Assembly (NCBI GenBank): GCA_002189035.1
Contig: NEEC01000002.1
Span: forward strand, 2,418,001 to 2,482,000
Origin: Utricularia gibba
Lineage: Eukaryota > Plantae > Magnoliophyta
Length of the DNA: 64,000 nt
Direction: 5' to 3'
Part shown: one piece after another, positions 24,662-35,899 of the stretch
Numbering within the stretch: position 1 is the first letter of the stretch
Layout of the letters: the number at the start of each line of letters is the position of its first letter
Translations under genes and position numbers: made by a program
Notes under the pieces: model-generated
Seen by the model: the letters and a program-made list of their open reading frames with translations, nothing else
What the model was told of the DNA's origin: nothing
The model's database searches: none

Positions 24662-26593
24662 CTACTCTGCAGTTTGCTTGGCTTTATCTGCAAATAACAC
24701 ATCCTCAATCCATGCAACGATGTTGAAGGCCATGCTTTCCAGTACTCTGGAGTAGCTCTCCAGCACTGCTTGCCCGACATCCTGCAAGAAATTCAAGAAA
24801 ATGAGTCATCAACATTCTTTGCTTGCTTGTTCTACTCTAGAAATTATTGAACATGCCTTGTTATACTGGATTTTGCTAGCATCAAGTGTAGTTTGTGAGA
24901 GTTCGGGATATCTGAGCTTCAAGCAGAACAGCAAGGTTTCTGCTCTTTGTGCAAGAAAGAAGTTCTTGTTACTCCTGTCAGTATCTGAAATAAGGCCTTT
25001 AACCATTTCCCATGATGGTTTTGAGTAGGAAGTGCACACTTTACGGCGCCATGTGTGCATTGAGGCTTCCACCTCATCTGCAAGTTGAAGTGCCTCATGC
25101 TCAGAGCTCATGCTGAGAGAATCTAGCAGACGATCTGGTGAAAAATGCTTAGCATTGTACATGTAGCGGTAAATATGATCTCCCACGCTAGCCTTTCCAC
25201 TCTGTTATCAGAAAAAGAACAGTGAGTAGTGGTTAACTATGAAGGCATCAAATATGCAAATAGAATACAGCTACCTTAGGAATGGAAGCAAGGAATGATT
25301 CTGGGATCTGCATTTCTGAGAGAATTCCGCTGTTTATCGCCATTGCTGCCTTGTGTATTTGATTAGCACGGCTACGTTTCTGCTTCAAAAGTTTCTTGGT
25401 TTTCTCAGAGAGTCCCCCCTCAGGAACACAAGGAACAGGTAACCACCATTTTTCTTGCTTTCCCGAATTTACTGGCTGAATGATCCTTCTAAACGATCCT
25501 GAATGTATCGAATTTGCCAGCATGCTTCCCTTTTCACCATACCAGAACTCTGCCTCCTGAAAGCTATCCAATATTTCCTGAAAAAAGTATGTATGCATCT
25601 CTATCATGAGCTTCAAACAAAGAGAAACTCTTGTACTTTTGCTTACCAGAAGCATTGCATCTAGTTTCTTCAGTGCTGGCAGGTTCATGTGGATGTCTTG
25701 CCTTGGCAAACTCGTCATCACCTGAGCCATGCTTTACATTGTTAGAAGCACTAAAACTAAGAAGGAAATCAGTGCACTGCACCTTGGTCTAACTACAACG
25801 CTTTATGTTTCGATTAATGAATTCACAAACCTGGATAGATTCAGAAAATGGAAAACAGAATGATGCTTTCAAACCTCTATAGATGTTCCATCTTTCAAAG
25901 TCTGCAGACTGGGTGTGAATTCTTGTATGTAATCACAGACAGATAAGAGGCAGTGCATCTCTCTTTTCCACATCATTTTCTTCTCAGGATGCAGAGGCTC
26001 TAGTCTCTGGTGCTGACCAAATACAGAAGCTGCATTGTACACAGACACTTCTAAATGAAAACGCTTGGAAGTAGTACCATATAACAATGGACAGATTAGC
26101 TTTCATGGAAGTGGTACCATAGAGATTTGTGATTGCATTTGATAGTGTCAAAGCGCTGCAGACCCCTTTTCCACTTCCAGACATGTCTTCTCCCAGCAGC
26201 AGTTTTGAAAACCTTTCTTTCATCAGCTCCATCTCTGCAAATCATAAACTTTTATCATTGAAGAAGTCCAAGAGCTGGCTTCTCTACCTAGAGTTAAGAG
26301 GTCATTGGATTTTCACCTAAATCCATAGTTTCGTTATCAAATCTATGCTTTTGACGCCTCATTCCAAGCTTCGACAGTGCTGCTCGCGCCGGGGACTTCA
26401 TTCCTCGCCAGCTGATGGGAGAATTCACCTCAGAGCAACTGTTGTCATCTGATAAGGCAGAAGCATCAGAGTAACTCCTGCAGCGTGCCAAAGAGTTTCC
26501 CTTCAGAAGCAAGGAGCTCATCGAATCATCTGTTGTATACATCGAACAAGGCAAAGGATCACAAGTCTCTTCAGAACTTGCTCTGCTAGCCAT
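24662..26593 (-). CDS. ROPGEF: Rop guanine nucleotide exchange factor (PRONE domain, short C-terminus; 7 exons)
   Basis: [48 protein letters not shown], and IQYNK|[29 protein letters not shown]. Phases reconcile with one GC-AG intron (24782-24856). Confidence 0.93.
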
Positions 26594-27388
26594 CTCCTAC
26601 GTTCCGCACAACTTCTGCAGTGAATGTGCAAAAGTTTCACTGAGGCGCGCACAAACTACTCAGGAACAAGCTGATAACTTTGCAACTAGAAAACAAATGA
26701 AAACCTTTTTCTTTACAAGAAACAAGAAAAAGACTCCAGAATGATCCAATGTTAAGCCAGAAAGAGGCAAAGAGACGACATTTGTTTAGCAAAACAAGCA
26801 TATCAAGACGCCATTTCCCCTACACACACCTGTTAATGGGGTAAGAATTTGAATATGAATCAGGGCCTTTGCCCACAAGTAACAACATTCCTTATTCAGA
26901 ACTTTACCCCACAAAAAAGCAGAAGAAAACAAAGCAGACCCTCTCTCTATCGAGAAAACTACAGATAAATGACAGTTTCCCCGAGTGACAAAGGACTCAT
27001 CAAAGAACTCGTCCTTGGAAATGGAGGGAAGAAATTCAACAACTTGGTGAGAAATGGCTACTGGGGTGCTGCATAATATGTACTATTAATTGTGAATCCA
27101 GAGAGGGGGCTAATTATTGAAGAATCAAGGCGTAATGATGCTGTCCCGTGAAGTTAATGCAGCCGGAATCACCACGCCACATTTCATCAACATGTCACTC
27201 TCTACAACAAAATAATTAGCAGCAGCATTATGCAAGTTTTTGGGTCTACTTACTTCAATACTTTCTACAAATATTTTTATTTCACTAATTGCCACTATTT
27301 TAGACACGTCTTCATACGGGGCTTTTTGGACAATAAAACTAAATCAAAGTTAAAGAAATATTTATTAAATTCAACAACATCACATCAC

Positions 27389-27460
27389 GGGTCCATAGCT
27401 CAGTGGTAGAGCAATTGACTGCAGATCAATAGGTCACCGGTTCGAACCCGGTTGGGCCCT
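27389..27460 (+). tRNA. tRNA-Cys (GCA)
   Basis: Acceptor stem GGGTCCA/TGGGCCC plus discriminator T. D-loop AGCTCAGTGGTAGAGC. Anticodon stem ATTGA/TCAAT around CT-GCA-GA. T-arm ACCGG-TTCGAAC-CCGGT. CAA repeats upstream and oligo-T downstream. Confidence 0.97.
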
Positions 27461-27833
27461 TATCAAAGTTTTCTATTTTTGTGTACAGAAGAAATGTTGC
27501 ACCGAAGTTATTACCTAGGTTTAGTAACTAGGTTTAATGTGCTAAATCCAGAATAAAGGTACTTTAATACATTAGTTTTTAGGAACACAAGAATTTTTCA
27601 GAAGAAGCATAAGATGTATGTCTAGTATTTTACAAAATCCACCCATTGGATGAATTTTTCTAAAATCATACAAAATTCAAATATAATGATTTATTCATAT
27701 ATCTTCATTTCTAAACACTCATCAATCACAAGTAACCAAATTTTGGGTCAGTATTCGTGGCTCACATAGAGAGCATAATGCCCCCTAGGAAGTCGAGTTA
27801 CTCCCGAGACCACAGGTTTTAACAGCAGAAATT

Positions 27834-30800
27834 TTAGAAGCGTCTGATATCTCGGGGTGGTTTGAAATGGAGGGGATGAGTTTCTGGTGTTGCCGCATCG
27901 TCCTCTTTCCACATCTTTATCGTCTTGTCAGCCTCACACGTAATCAGTCTAGAACCCGTTACGTCGTATGTGATGGCGTAGATGCCAGCTTCACTGTCGA
28001 GTGAACCTGAAGACCAACAAACACCAGTATAGATAGTTTCAAAGGAGGTGGGGTGACACCTGACAGGCATGGTGTTTGCTTACCCGGTTGAACAATTGTT
28101 TGGGCTTGTTGAAAATTGTGGCCGCTGTTCCAATCCCAGAACCATAAACTCCCATTATCGCCTAAACCACCCAAGTAACGTGATTCAGAGTGGAATGCTC
28201 GAAATGGAAGGGATGCAACTTTGTGAATTAGTTGGTTAGACTCACCTGCGGTGGCCAATACACCATCCTCGTTGACGGCGGCAGAGTTGATGATTGTTTT
28301 TTGTTGAGAACTACAGACACAAGAATCCCATCTGTTAATTCTTCAGATTCAAAAGTCATGTTGCAGAAGTTGAATATCTAGGACTCACAGCATGTTATGC
28401 ATGAACTCTCCCCTGGGAAGTTTGAACTTCTTTATGTTATCAGCGGAAGCAGACACGAAGCAATCCCTGTGATTGAATTGGTGAATCAACAAAAAAAGGA
28501 AATGGAAGATTCTCGATCACAGGAGTCATTCATAACAAGGTCTAGTTATTAGAGGCACTTGCTCGTTAGGATGTGGAGCCATTGCCCGAACTGACTTTTT
28601 GTGGTGTGTCAAAGTGGATATCGTTTTACCTGACACGCAAAAGGAACTTTGACATAAAAACCAAAAGTTAAAACCACAAAAATTCATACAAAAAAAGTAA
28701 AATTACAAGCTTAAAACATATCAATGAAATCACCATATCGAAGATCCCAAAGTTTTATGGTATTATCATGAGAACCCGTTATGACTTGCGGATCCTACAA
28801 GGCCATGGCAGTTAATGAGTTCCCCACGGAGCCCCAAGAAGTTTTTCAGCATCATTATAAGCAGTGAAGTGATCAATTCTTTTATGCAGAAAATAAACAC
28901 AATACCATGGGCCTTGTGAAGACTGAACAAACTGTATTTTCATGGCCAGTGAGTGCATGAATTTGCATTTTGCTGCGGATATCCCAAACCTAGGATTATC
29001 GTAGACTTTAATGAATGAGCATGTATATGGTGTCCTTCAGGCATGAGCAGCTTAAATACGCATACTTTAGTGGACAACTAAAATTATGGTGTGCCCATAC
29101 CCGGCATACAGAATCCCGGCCTCCTGTGAGCAAAATGTCAATAGTGGGATGGAGTGCAAGGCAGTACACACCACTAAGATGACCATGATAAGAGCGTATA
29201 ACCTGAAAATAATAAATGCAAAATGAGAAGTAGGCCATCTTAAACAGAATTGAGAGCTGATAACCTTATTCTGCTCTAGGTCCCAACATTTAACTAACTT
29301 ATCATCACCAGCAGAAAACATGTACGTATGCTTGCTACTAACAGCCAGTCCTGAAACAAATAATCGGTGAATCAATTCAAGACCAGAGAATGGATATTAT
29401 CCATGGTGCTTGACGGAAAGATGTGCAACCTCTTATTTGGTCAATGTGGCCAGTAAGAGTAAGCTTCAGCTGGCCAGATGCCAAGTCCCATATCTGGAGA
29501 CCATAAGAAGGAAAAATAAGGATCCACTGTAAAAAAAAAAAAAATCCAGAAGAATCATTATCAAGGCCACGAAATAGCCCCCTGAACCAAGAAATATTTA
29601 ACTTCTAACCTTGATTGTTCGATCAGCTGATCCTGTGCAAAACCAAGTATTGCTTGGGTCAACAGCAACCGACCGCACCCACCCCAAGTGGCCACTAATG
29701 ACCTATGAAATGTAAACATTGAAAATCAGGAAAACAAAAATAGACAAGAGGATCAAGGATGCAGCCTTGTACTGAAAACAAAAAGGAAAAATGAAATATT
29801 ATTACTCTGTAATTCTTCCATGGCGGTCGCCATACAGGGCGAGGCCATCTACTTGGAATTCTTTCCATGATGGCAGAGGTTGAAAGATTCCTGGTACAAA
29901 GCAGCTGAGTTGAGAAAAATAGAGCATCACATTATCCAGTGTAAGGGCTGGAACAGCTTGATGCAACAGGAAAAATTCTAAAAACTATGTACAAGGAGAA
30001 GACGACCATTTCAACTATTTTCTTGAGTTTGAGTATAATTGTGTTAGCATGCAAAATACTCCACCGAGGAACTGGTAGTTGAAGTTCAAAATAAGAGAGT
30101 AGAATAAATAGTACAGAGGAACAATAGACCTCAGAATCATCATAAATGCAAGACAAAACAGTAGAATCAGATAAACCTTTCTGATGATATATTAGCCGAA
30201 ACAATTGCATTGCCCCCGCCTTGCACACCAGAAGTTCCACTGTAAAGAGATACATTCAGGAACAGAGATATAAAAGGGAATCTAGAAGCGCCTATAGTCT
30301 CTCAGTTCGATGAATACCTAGTCCCAGCATGCCCTGATGAAAAAACCACCAAATCCTTCGGTAAGCGTTCCTTCTCTACATTGCCTGATCTTTCAGGGCC
30401 TGAGCATAACATCGATTAGCAAACACACGAACAGAATAAAAAGCACGTCCATTCTATATTTTAGACACAAATATCTATATCAGGAAAAAAAAAATGGTGC
30501 ACACCTCACCACAACATTCCTAGACACTCCATAACTTAAAAATAATTTTTTGCACAGCATTGATCTCCTACCGGGAAGTGCAAGGGCAGTGGAAGGAGCT
30601 GAGGCTTGCGATGCTTGATTAGTTGCACCTGTGATGCGTGTAGAAGTCCCTGTTGCACTGCCAGTCACTCCTCCATGCTCCATTTTTTGCTATATTTTAG
30701 AAGAGTGAGTTAATACATGTGTCACTAATCCCAACTCACCGTAAAAGGTGTATCAAATATTAAGTATTTCACTAAGTAAAAATCTATTCTCCTTTTTTCA

Positions 30801-31184
30801 ATATCCAGAGACACGAGAGGACAAATTAATGATGAAGGCAAGTAAGACATGCATATTCAAGGGTAAAAAAGCGCGAACAGACATTGCTAAGAACCAACCT
30901 TGTGACTCAATCGAATCTTCTTACTGTAGTCCAACACATGCAGAAAAAAAGTGAGCAATGCAATACAAGGTAAACAAGAAAACCCAAATTGAAGCAAAGA
31001 AATCAACAATACACAATAAGCTTCCACAGAAAGAAGGCAATGAAAACCTTTCGGGGTCAGGTGGAGGGAATTGCCCGTGTACAGGAGAGAAGAGATCGAG
31101 AGCTCGCTTCATAGACTTGAAGCTGAGTTTCTTCAATGATTGCGGCTCCACAGGAAGCTCGTAATCCATCGTCGCTCCTGGCAT
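27834..31184 (-). CDS. PRL1: PLEIOTROPIC REGULATORY LOCUS 1, WD40 spliceosomal NTC/MAC subunit
   Basis: [48 protein letters not shown], successive WD repeats, and end [35 protein letters not shown]. Confidence 0.96.
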
Positions 31185-31516
31185 TAGTACAAAAATATCG
31201 GTGTGCCTTCACTAGCACTTGAAAACGCCTGTTAAACACAAGATCAACACCACATGAGAATGAACTTCGGCCAAAAGACGGCGGCTCCTCGGCGAGCGAA
31301 GAGGTGAGGCTCGCCAGACGACGTCGGTTTTGGGGGGTCGCACTTCGTACCCGTCCAGTTTACGTTAAAAATGAAGAAGATTTAGCAGGGCCCGAAAGTG
31401 AAAATAGGAGAAAGCACAGGGGCCAGAATGAGAAAAGAAGAACATTTATCCCAATTTTAAAATCAGCCGCGCTAGGGCTTTGGAACTCTGCTGTTTGTTG
31501 CCCATTGAAGACGAAG

Positions 31517-32057
31517 ATGTCTAAGAAGAACGATCTTGCCCGGCGAAAAAGGCTCCACGACTTCGATTTAAAAAGTAAATCGGAAAGCTTTTGCATCGAA
31601 AATCTTGTACTCCTTCTCTGTGCTCGATGTTGCTATTTTCGGAGATTCTTGCTGCTTCCTAATTGATCGTTTGAACAGGGGAGAAAGAAGCGAAGGAGAA
31701 AAGGGAGAAGAAGCTTGAAGCGAAGAAAGACAAGATGAAAGTAATTAGTCACCCTGCCTCTCTTAAGCTTCTTTACTTTTTACTGTAATGTTTGACATGG
31801 GCTTTGCTAATCCAAATTCAAGAAAGCATTTTTGCCCGATGTGATGGAAGATCTCACAAGGTTTATGTTATCCGTAATCTGGGTTTTTGGGTTTCTTTTT
31901 GTATGTCATCTGTTTCACGAATGACTAGGTTGATGGCGGCATAAAGAAGAAGAAGAAGGGTGAAAGTGGATTTCGTGTAGGTAAGAAAAAGTTAAAAACA
32001 AAGTTGACGCCGTTGGCAAAAGCTAAGGCAGCTCAGGCCATGGAGGTTGACAAGTGA
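31517..32057 (+). CDS. 82-aa lysine-rich small protein of unknown function (exons 31517-31574, 31679-31740, 31929-32057)
   Basis: Canonical GT-AG junctions with matching phases give MSKKNDLARRKRLHDFDLKREKEAKEKREKKLEAKKDKMKVDGGIKKKKKGESGFRVGKKKLKTKLTPLAKAKAAQAMEVDK*. It resembles a conserved small plant protein I recall but cannot name. Confidence 0.82.
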
Positions 32058-33393
32058 CGGATGGATAGAATCCTACAGAGTAGACACCATTAAGCTTCTG
32101 TTCCTCCATGAAGCAATTTTGGCTCCAGTTCCTGAGATGCAAAGTAGGAACAAAAGCATCTGTTGTATACCTATTCATGCGAAACCGTCTTTGTTTATGA
32201 GTATTGATCATTCGGTGATGGATCTTGTTGTTGCTACTTTCTACGATGCTGGCCTTGTGGGTTGTCTTCTCTTGCTGATGAGTTGCTGCCAAGCTTGATG
32301 TAGTGTTTTTGAAGCATATCCCTTTTGCTGCCGGTGGGTGGCGCAGGTCATCATATTTGTGAGGGGAGGTGCTTAATCGAACATGAAAATATGCTGCACT
32401 TACTGTAACACGCACGAGGGCCTGGATTTCAGTAACCACCAAGTCACAATCTTGAAGGGAGTTGCCATAAAGACTGATGATGATAGTGTATGCAGGCAGG
32501 CGGCGCTCAACTCATGATCCACCCCCTCTTTTGCTCGGGAGTAACTGGCTGGTCTTGGTTATGGAGATCCTTAATCGAAAAAATTCGGTTCGGTTTCGAT
32601 TTGTAAAATTTGGCATAAATCAGGTATCAGTTAGCTTGGTGGTTAATCCCAATAGCCAATTCCGAATAAAGATTTTTTTTGAAAATTGATTAATTCAATT
32701 AATCTCAATTATTCGGTTAACCCTAAATCAAATTTCAGTTATCATTTTATTTACTTATTCTGTGATGGTTTGAATGGGTTAACCCTAATAATCACCTATA
32801 CACCGTCGCTGTCAGGGTGGGTCTTTTTTGGGAGCTGATTCGGTTGGATCAACGAGCAATTTATGCTGAAAATAAACTTCAAGAAATAATTCTCAAGCTA
32901 AAATTAGAAATTAGGATACAGAATGTCAGAAAACCACGTGGCACTACTCGGTGGCAGGCGGACCAGATTCAATTGCAGGGAAGGGCCCCACACTGGTTCG
33001 AAATCTTTTGAACTGTCAGGAGGAAGCACTGCCTACGTCGCAGGCTGACGCGATCGTCGTGCTGACGTTTCAAGAGAAATCATAAACAAAATTAGGAAAC
33101 GTTCTATCCGCAGGATTTATGATCTGTTTCCGCTCCCACGGTACCACCGTGCACCTCACAATCAGACGACCATAAAACAAGAAGAGATAAAAAGGAGAGA
33201 ATCGCGGCGTCTGCAGTGGAATGCGCTGTTGTTCTGTGGTTTCAGCGTCATCGCTGCGTGCGTTGATGGCACCCATTTGATTCCAAGTTCCATTTCATCG
33301 CTCTATTTGCCACTGGGATGTCGCCCGGAAAGGGATTCTCTAGAAAGTTTGTTCCTTGTATACACATATATATATAGACGTGCAGAGAAGCAA

Positions 33394-34438
33394 ATGCCGG
33401 GAACCGCAGCATCGCCGGTGGAGGTTCCGAAGGAAAGGCCTGAAGCGCCGGAGTCGATGGTGAAGGGGAGGGTAAGCTGGTGGATCATGACGCTAGTATG
33501 AAAAATCGCAAGCTATTCTTCTGTTTCAATTTTTTTTCAATGCTGATATTGTGATTGTGTGTTTAATGGATGGAATCTCAACAGAGGGAGAGGTTCCAAG
33601 CAAAAGCTCTAAGGGAAGCTTAGACAGAGGTTATCTTTTTTATATTTGGTTACGTTTGCAATGCAACTGACTTGGGAAGTTGGAAAATGCTGTATGTGTG
33701 GAACAGAGAGTTGAGCACCAATTGTTTGTGATAAGTACATGTTTTTCTTGCCTTGTTGGTATAGGGATTTTTCATCCCCCATCTCAGTGATGAATCCGAA
33801 TTGACAGCACTTTTGTTTATGGGATGATTATTTTCATGCTTGGAATCGTTTTCTTTTCTCTTTAGGCTTTGATTTTTCTCTGGAATTTGATCTTTTTTGA
33901 ATATGATCCCAACACATCCTGGGGATATGCAGATGTTGCTCTCGCGAAGGTGGAAGATGATAAGAGGGTGTCTTTCATCAAGGCATGGGAACATGAGGAG
34001 AAATCCAAGGCAGAAAACAAGTGGGTCTAATATTCATCAAGCATTCTCTATTGTCTTGTGATTCACATATGAAATGCTTCTTGATGACAAAACAGGACTC
34101 AGAAAAAGATTGCAGAAGTTTGTTCATGGGAGAACTCCAAGAAGGCAGCCCTTGACAGCAAACTGAAAAAATATCAGGTAACTTAGATCAACCACTGTTA
34201 TTCAGATCGAAAATTGGACACCGCTACTCTACCTGCAGGAGGATCTAGAGAAGAAGAAAGCTGAGTATGGAGAAAAAATCAAGAACAAAGTGGCAACCGT
34301 ACACAAAAAAGCTGAGGAGAAGCGAGCTGTAGTCGAAGCCAAACGGGGTGAAGCATTGCTCAAAGTCGAAGAAACATCTGCAAAGTTCCGCGCTACCAAC
34401 ATGGCTCCCCAAAGGGTTGTGGATGCCTTGGAGCTTAA
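33394..34438 (+). CDS. REM: Group 1 remorin (5 exons; two apparent 1-bp G deletions, at 33465-33468 and 34421-34422)
   Basis: SLDRDVALAKVEDDKRVSFIKAWEHEEKSKAENK, WENSKKAALDSKLK and EEKRAVVEAKRGEALLKVEETSAKFRAT. Restoring one G gives the canonical end ...PQRVVGCLGA* (TAA 34436-34438). As written, the last exon reads on to 34532. Confidence 0.88.
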
Positions 34439-34819
34439 ACCATTTATGGGAGAACGATGCTTGCTTTTGCTGTTTCCTGTATATGGCTACCCTCTGTGCA
34501 TTCTTAGTGGAAGACTCTCTGCAGATGTGTGATGGACTACTGCAATTATGAAGTTTGATGAAATGCAATATAACGTTTGGTGTGCTCCCAAGATTTTCAG
34601 AGTTTCATACAAATAATACAAGGAAACCACAATGCATGTAATCTCATAAACTTGCATCGCTGGTTCATTTGAAGCCAGTGTTAATCTAAAGTTCAGGAGG
34701 GCAAAAACAGAATCAAATGGACCATGCAAGCTCATCATGATTCTCCAATGGCTTCAATCAGGGCAAAAGACAGGCAGATCCCACAAATTTTTCTACTGCA
34801 AGTCACTGTAAATTAGAGC

Positions 34820-35899
34820 CTAGAAGAAGCCAGATTTGTTCTCTTGAGAAGAGCTGTGAAAGAAGCTCCCATGGCAAAATCCATAGCAATCTGTATTATT
34901 TCCCAAGAAACTCATATCATTCTGACTCGGGAAATCCAGAAGCAGCTGTAAACTCGATTCCGATGAATCTTCCTCAAGTCCACTGGAAACACAAGATTCA
35001 TCTTCATTGTTATACACATTGCTGAATTCGTTTCCTCTACCTTCATTGAAGTTCTCATCTTTGACCACAACCCCAGGTACTGCTTCAGTTGTCGTCTCGG
35101 AAAGCGACCCACATTTCGAAGCTTGGCTCGCGGAAGCTTTCTGAACCTGGTTTTTGGAACTGAGTTTTCTGAAGGTTTCTCCGACTTCCGAGTTCCAGAG
35201 GCGGAGAAAGTAGTCTGTTTGGGGCTTCTCCGTTGACATCGGAATGAAGAGCAGAGATTCACGAGACAAACGTGCCTCCGCTTCGAGACGGGCGCTTTCC
35301 CATTGAGCCATGTGGCGTGTCGATGGCGAAGAACACGGTCGATTACCCGCGGCGGCGGTGACGGCGAGTGGCTCGTGGGTCTGAGGATCGATTCCCATCA
35401 GAACAAGACGCTTCTTCAAATGGGTGTTCCATAAGTTCTTAATCTCGTTATCTGTACGCCCTGGGAGTTGGGAAGCAATCGCAGCCCACCTTCAAGAAAA
35501 TTCGGACAAGATTTTCGCCATTAATGTCTGAAATCAGAGATCTCTTCAACAGACATGAATGAGGAAACCTGTTTCCAAGAATGCCGTGTAATTGAACTAC
35601 AAGCTTCTCTTCCTCCGAGCTGAAAGGACCCCGTTTGATATCAGGCCGGAGATAATTCGTCCATCGCAGACGGCAGCTTTTTCCGCAGCGAAGAAGACCT
35701 GAAAATGCAGCAACGTTAGACCACAAGATTCAACAAATTATGTTGTGATTATGATGAGGAGAGCACCTGCGAGCTTGGGAAGAGAGCGCCAGCTTCCGTG
35801 TCCGTTTTTGTTGATGTACTCTACTAGTCTCTCATCTTCTTCAGGAGTCCATGGCCCCTTTTTCAACCCCTTTTTATCACAGCAAGGTGCTCTTCCCAT
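34820..35899 (-). CDS. MYB17: R2R3-MYB subgroup 9, MYB17-like (3 exons)
   Basis: [45 protein letters not shown], subgroup-9 motif [20 protein letters not shown], and [12 protein letters not shown]. Confidence 0.85.

Noticed and set aside
32023-32442. 139-aa minus-strand ORF
   Set aside because: Starts at a non-ATG codon, overlaps the 3' end of the 82-aa gene on the opposite strand, and has no recognisable motif.
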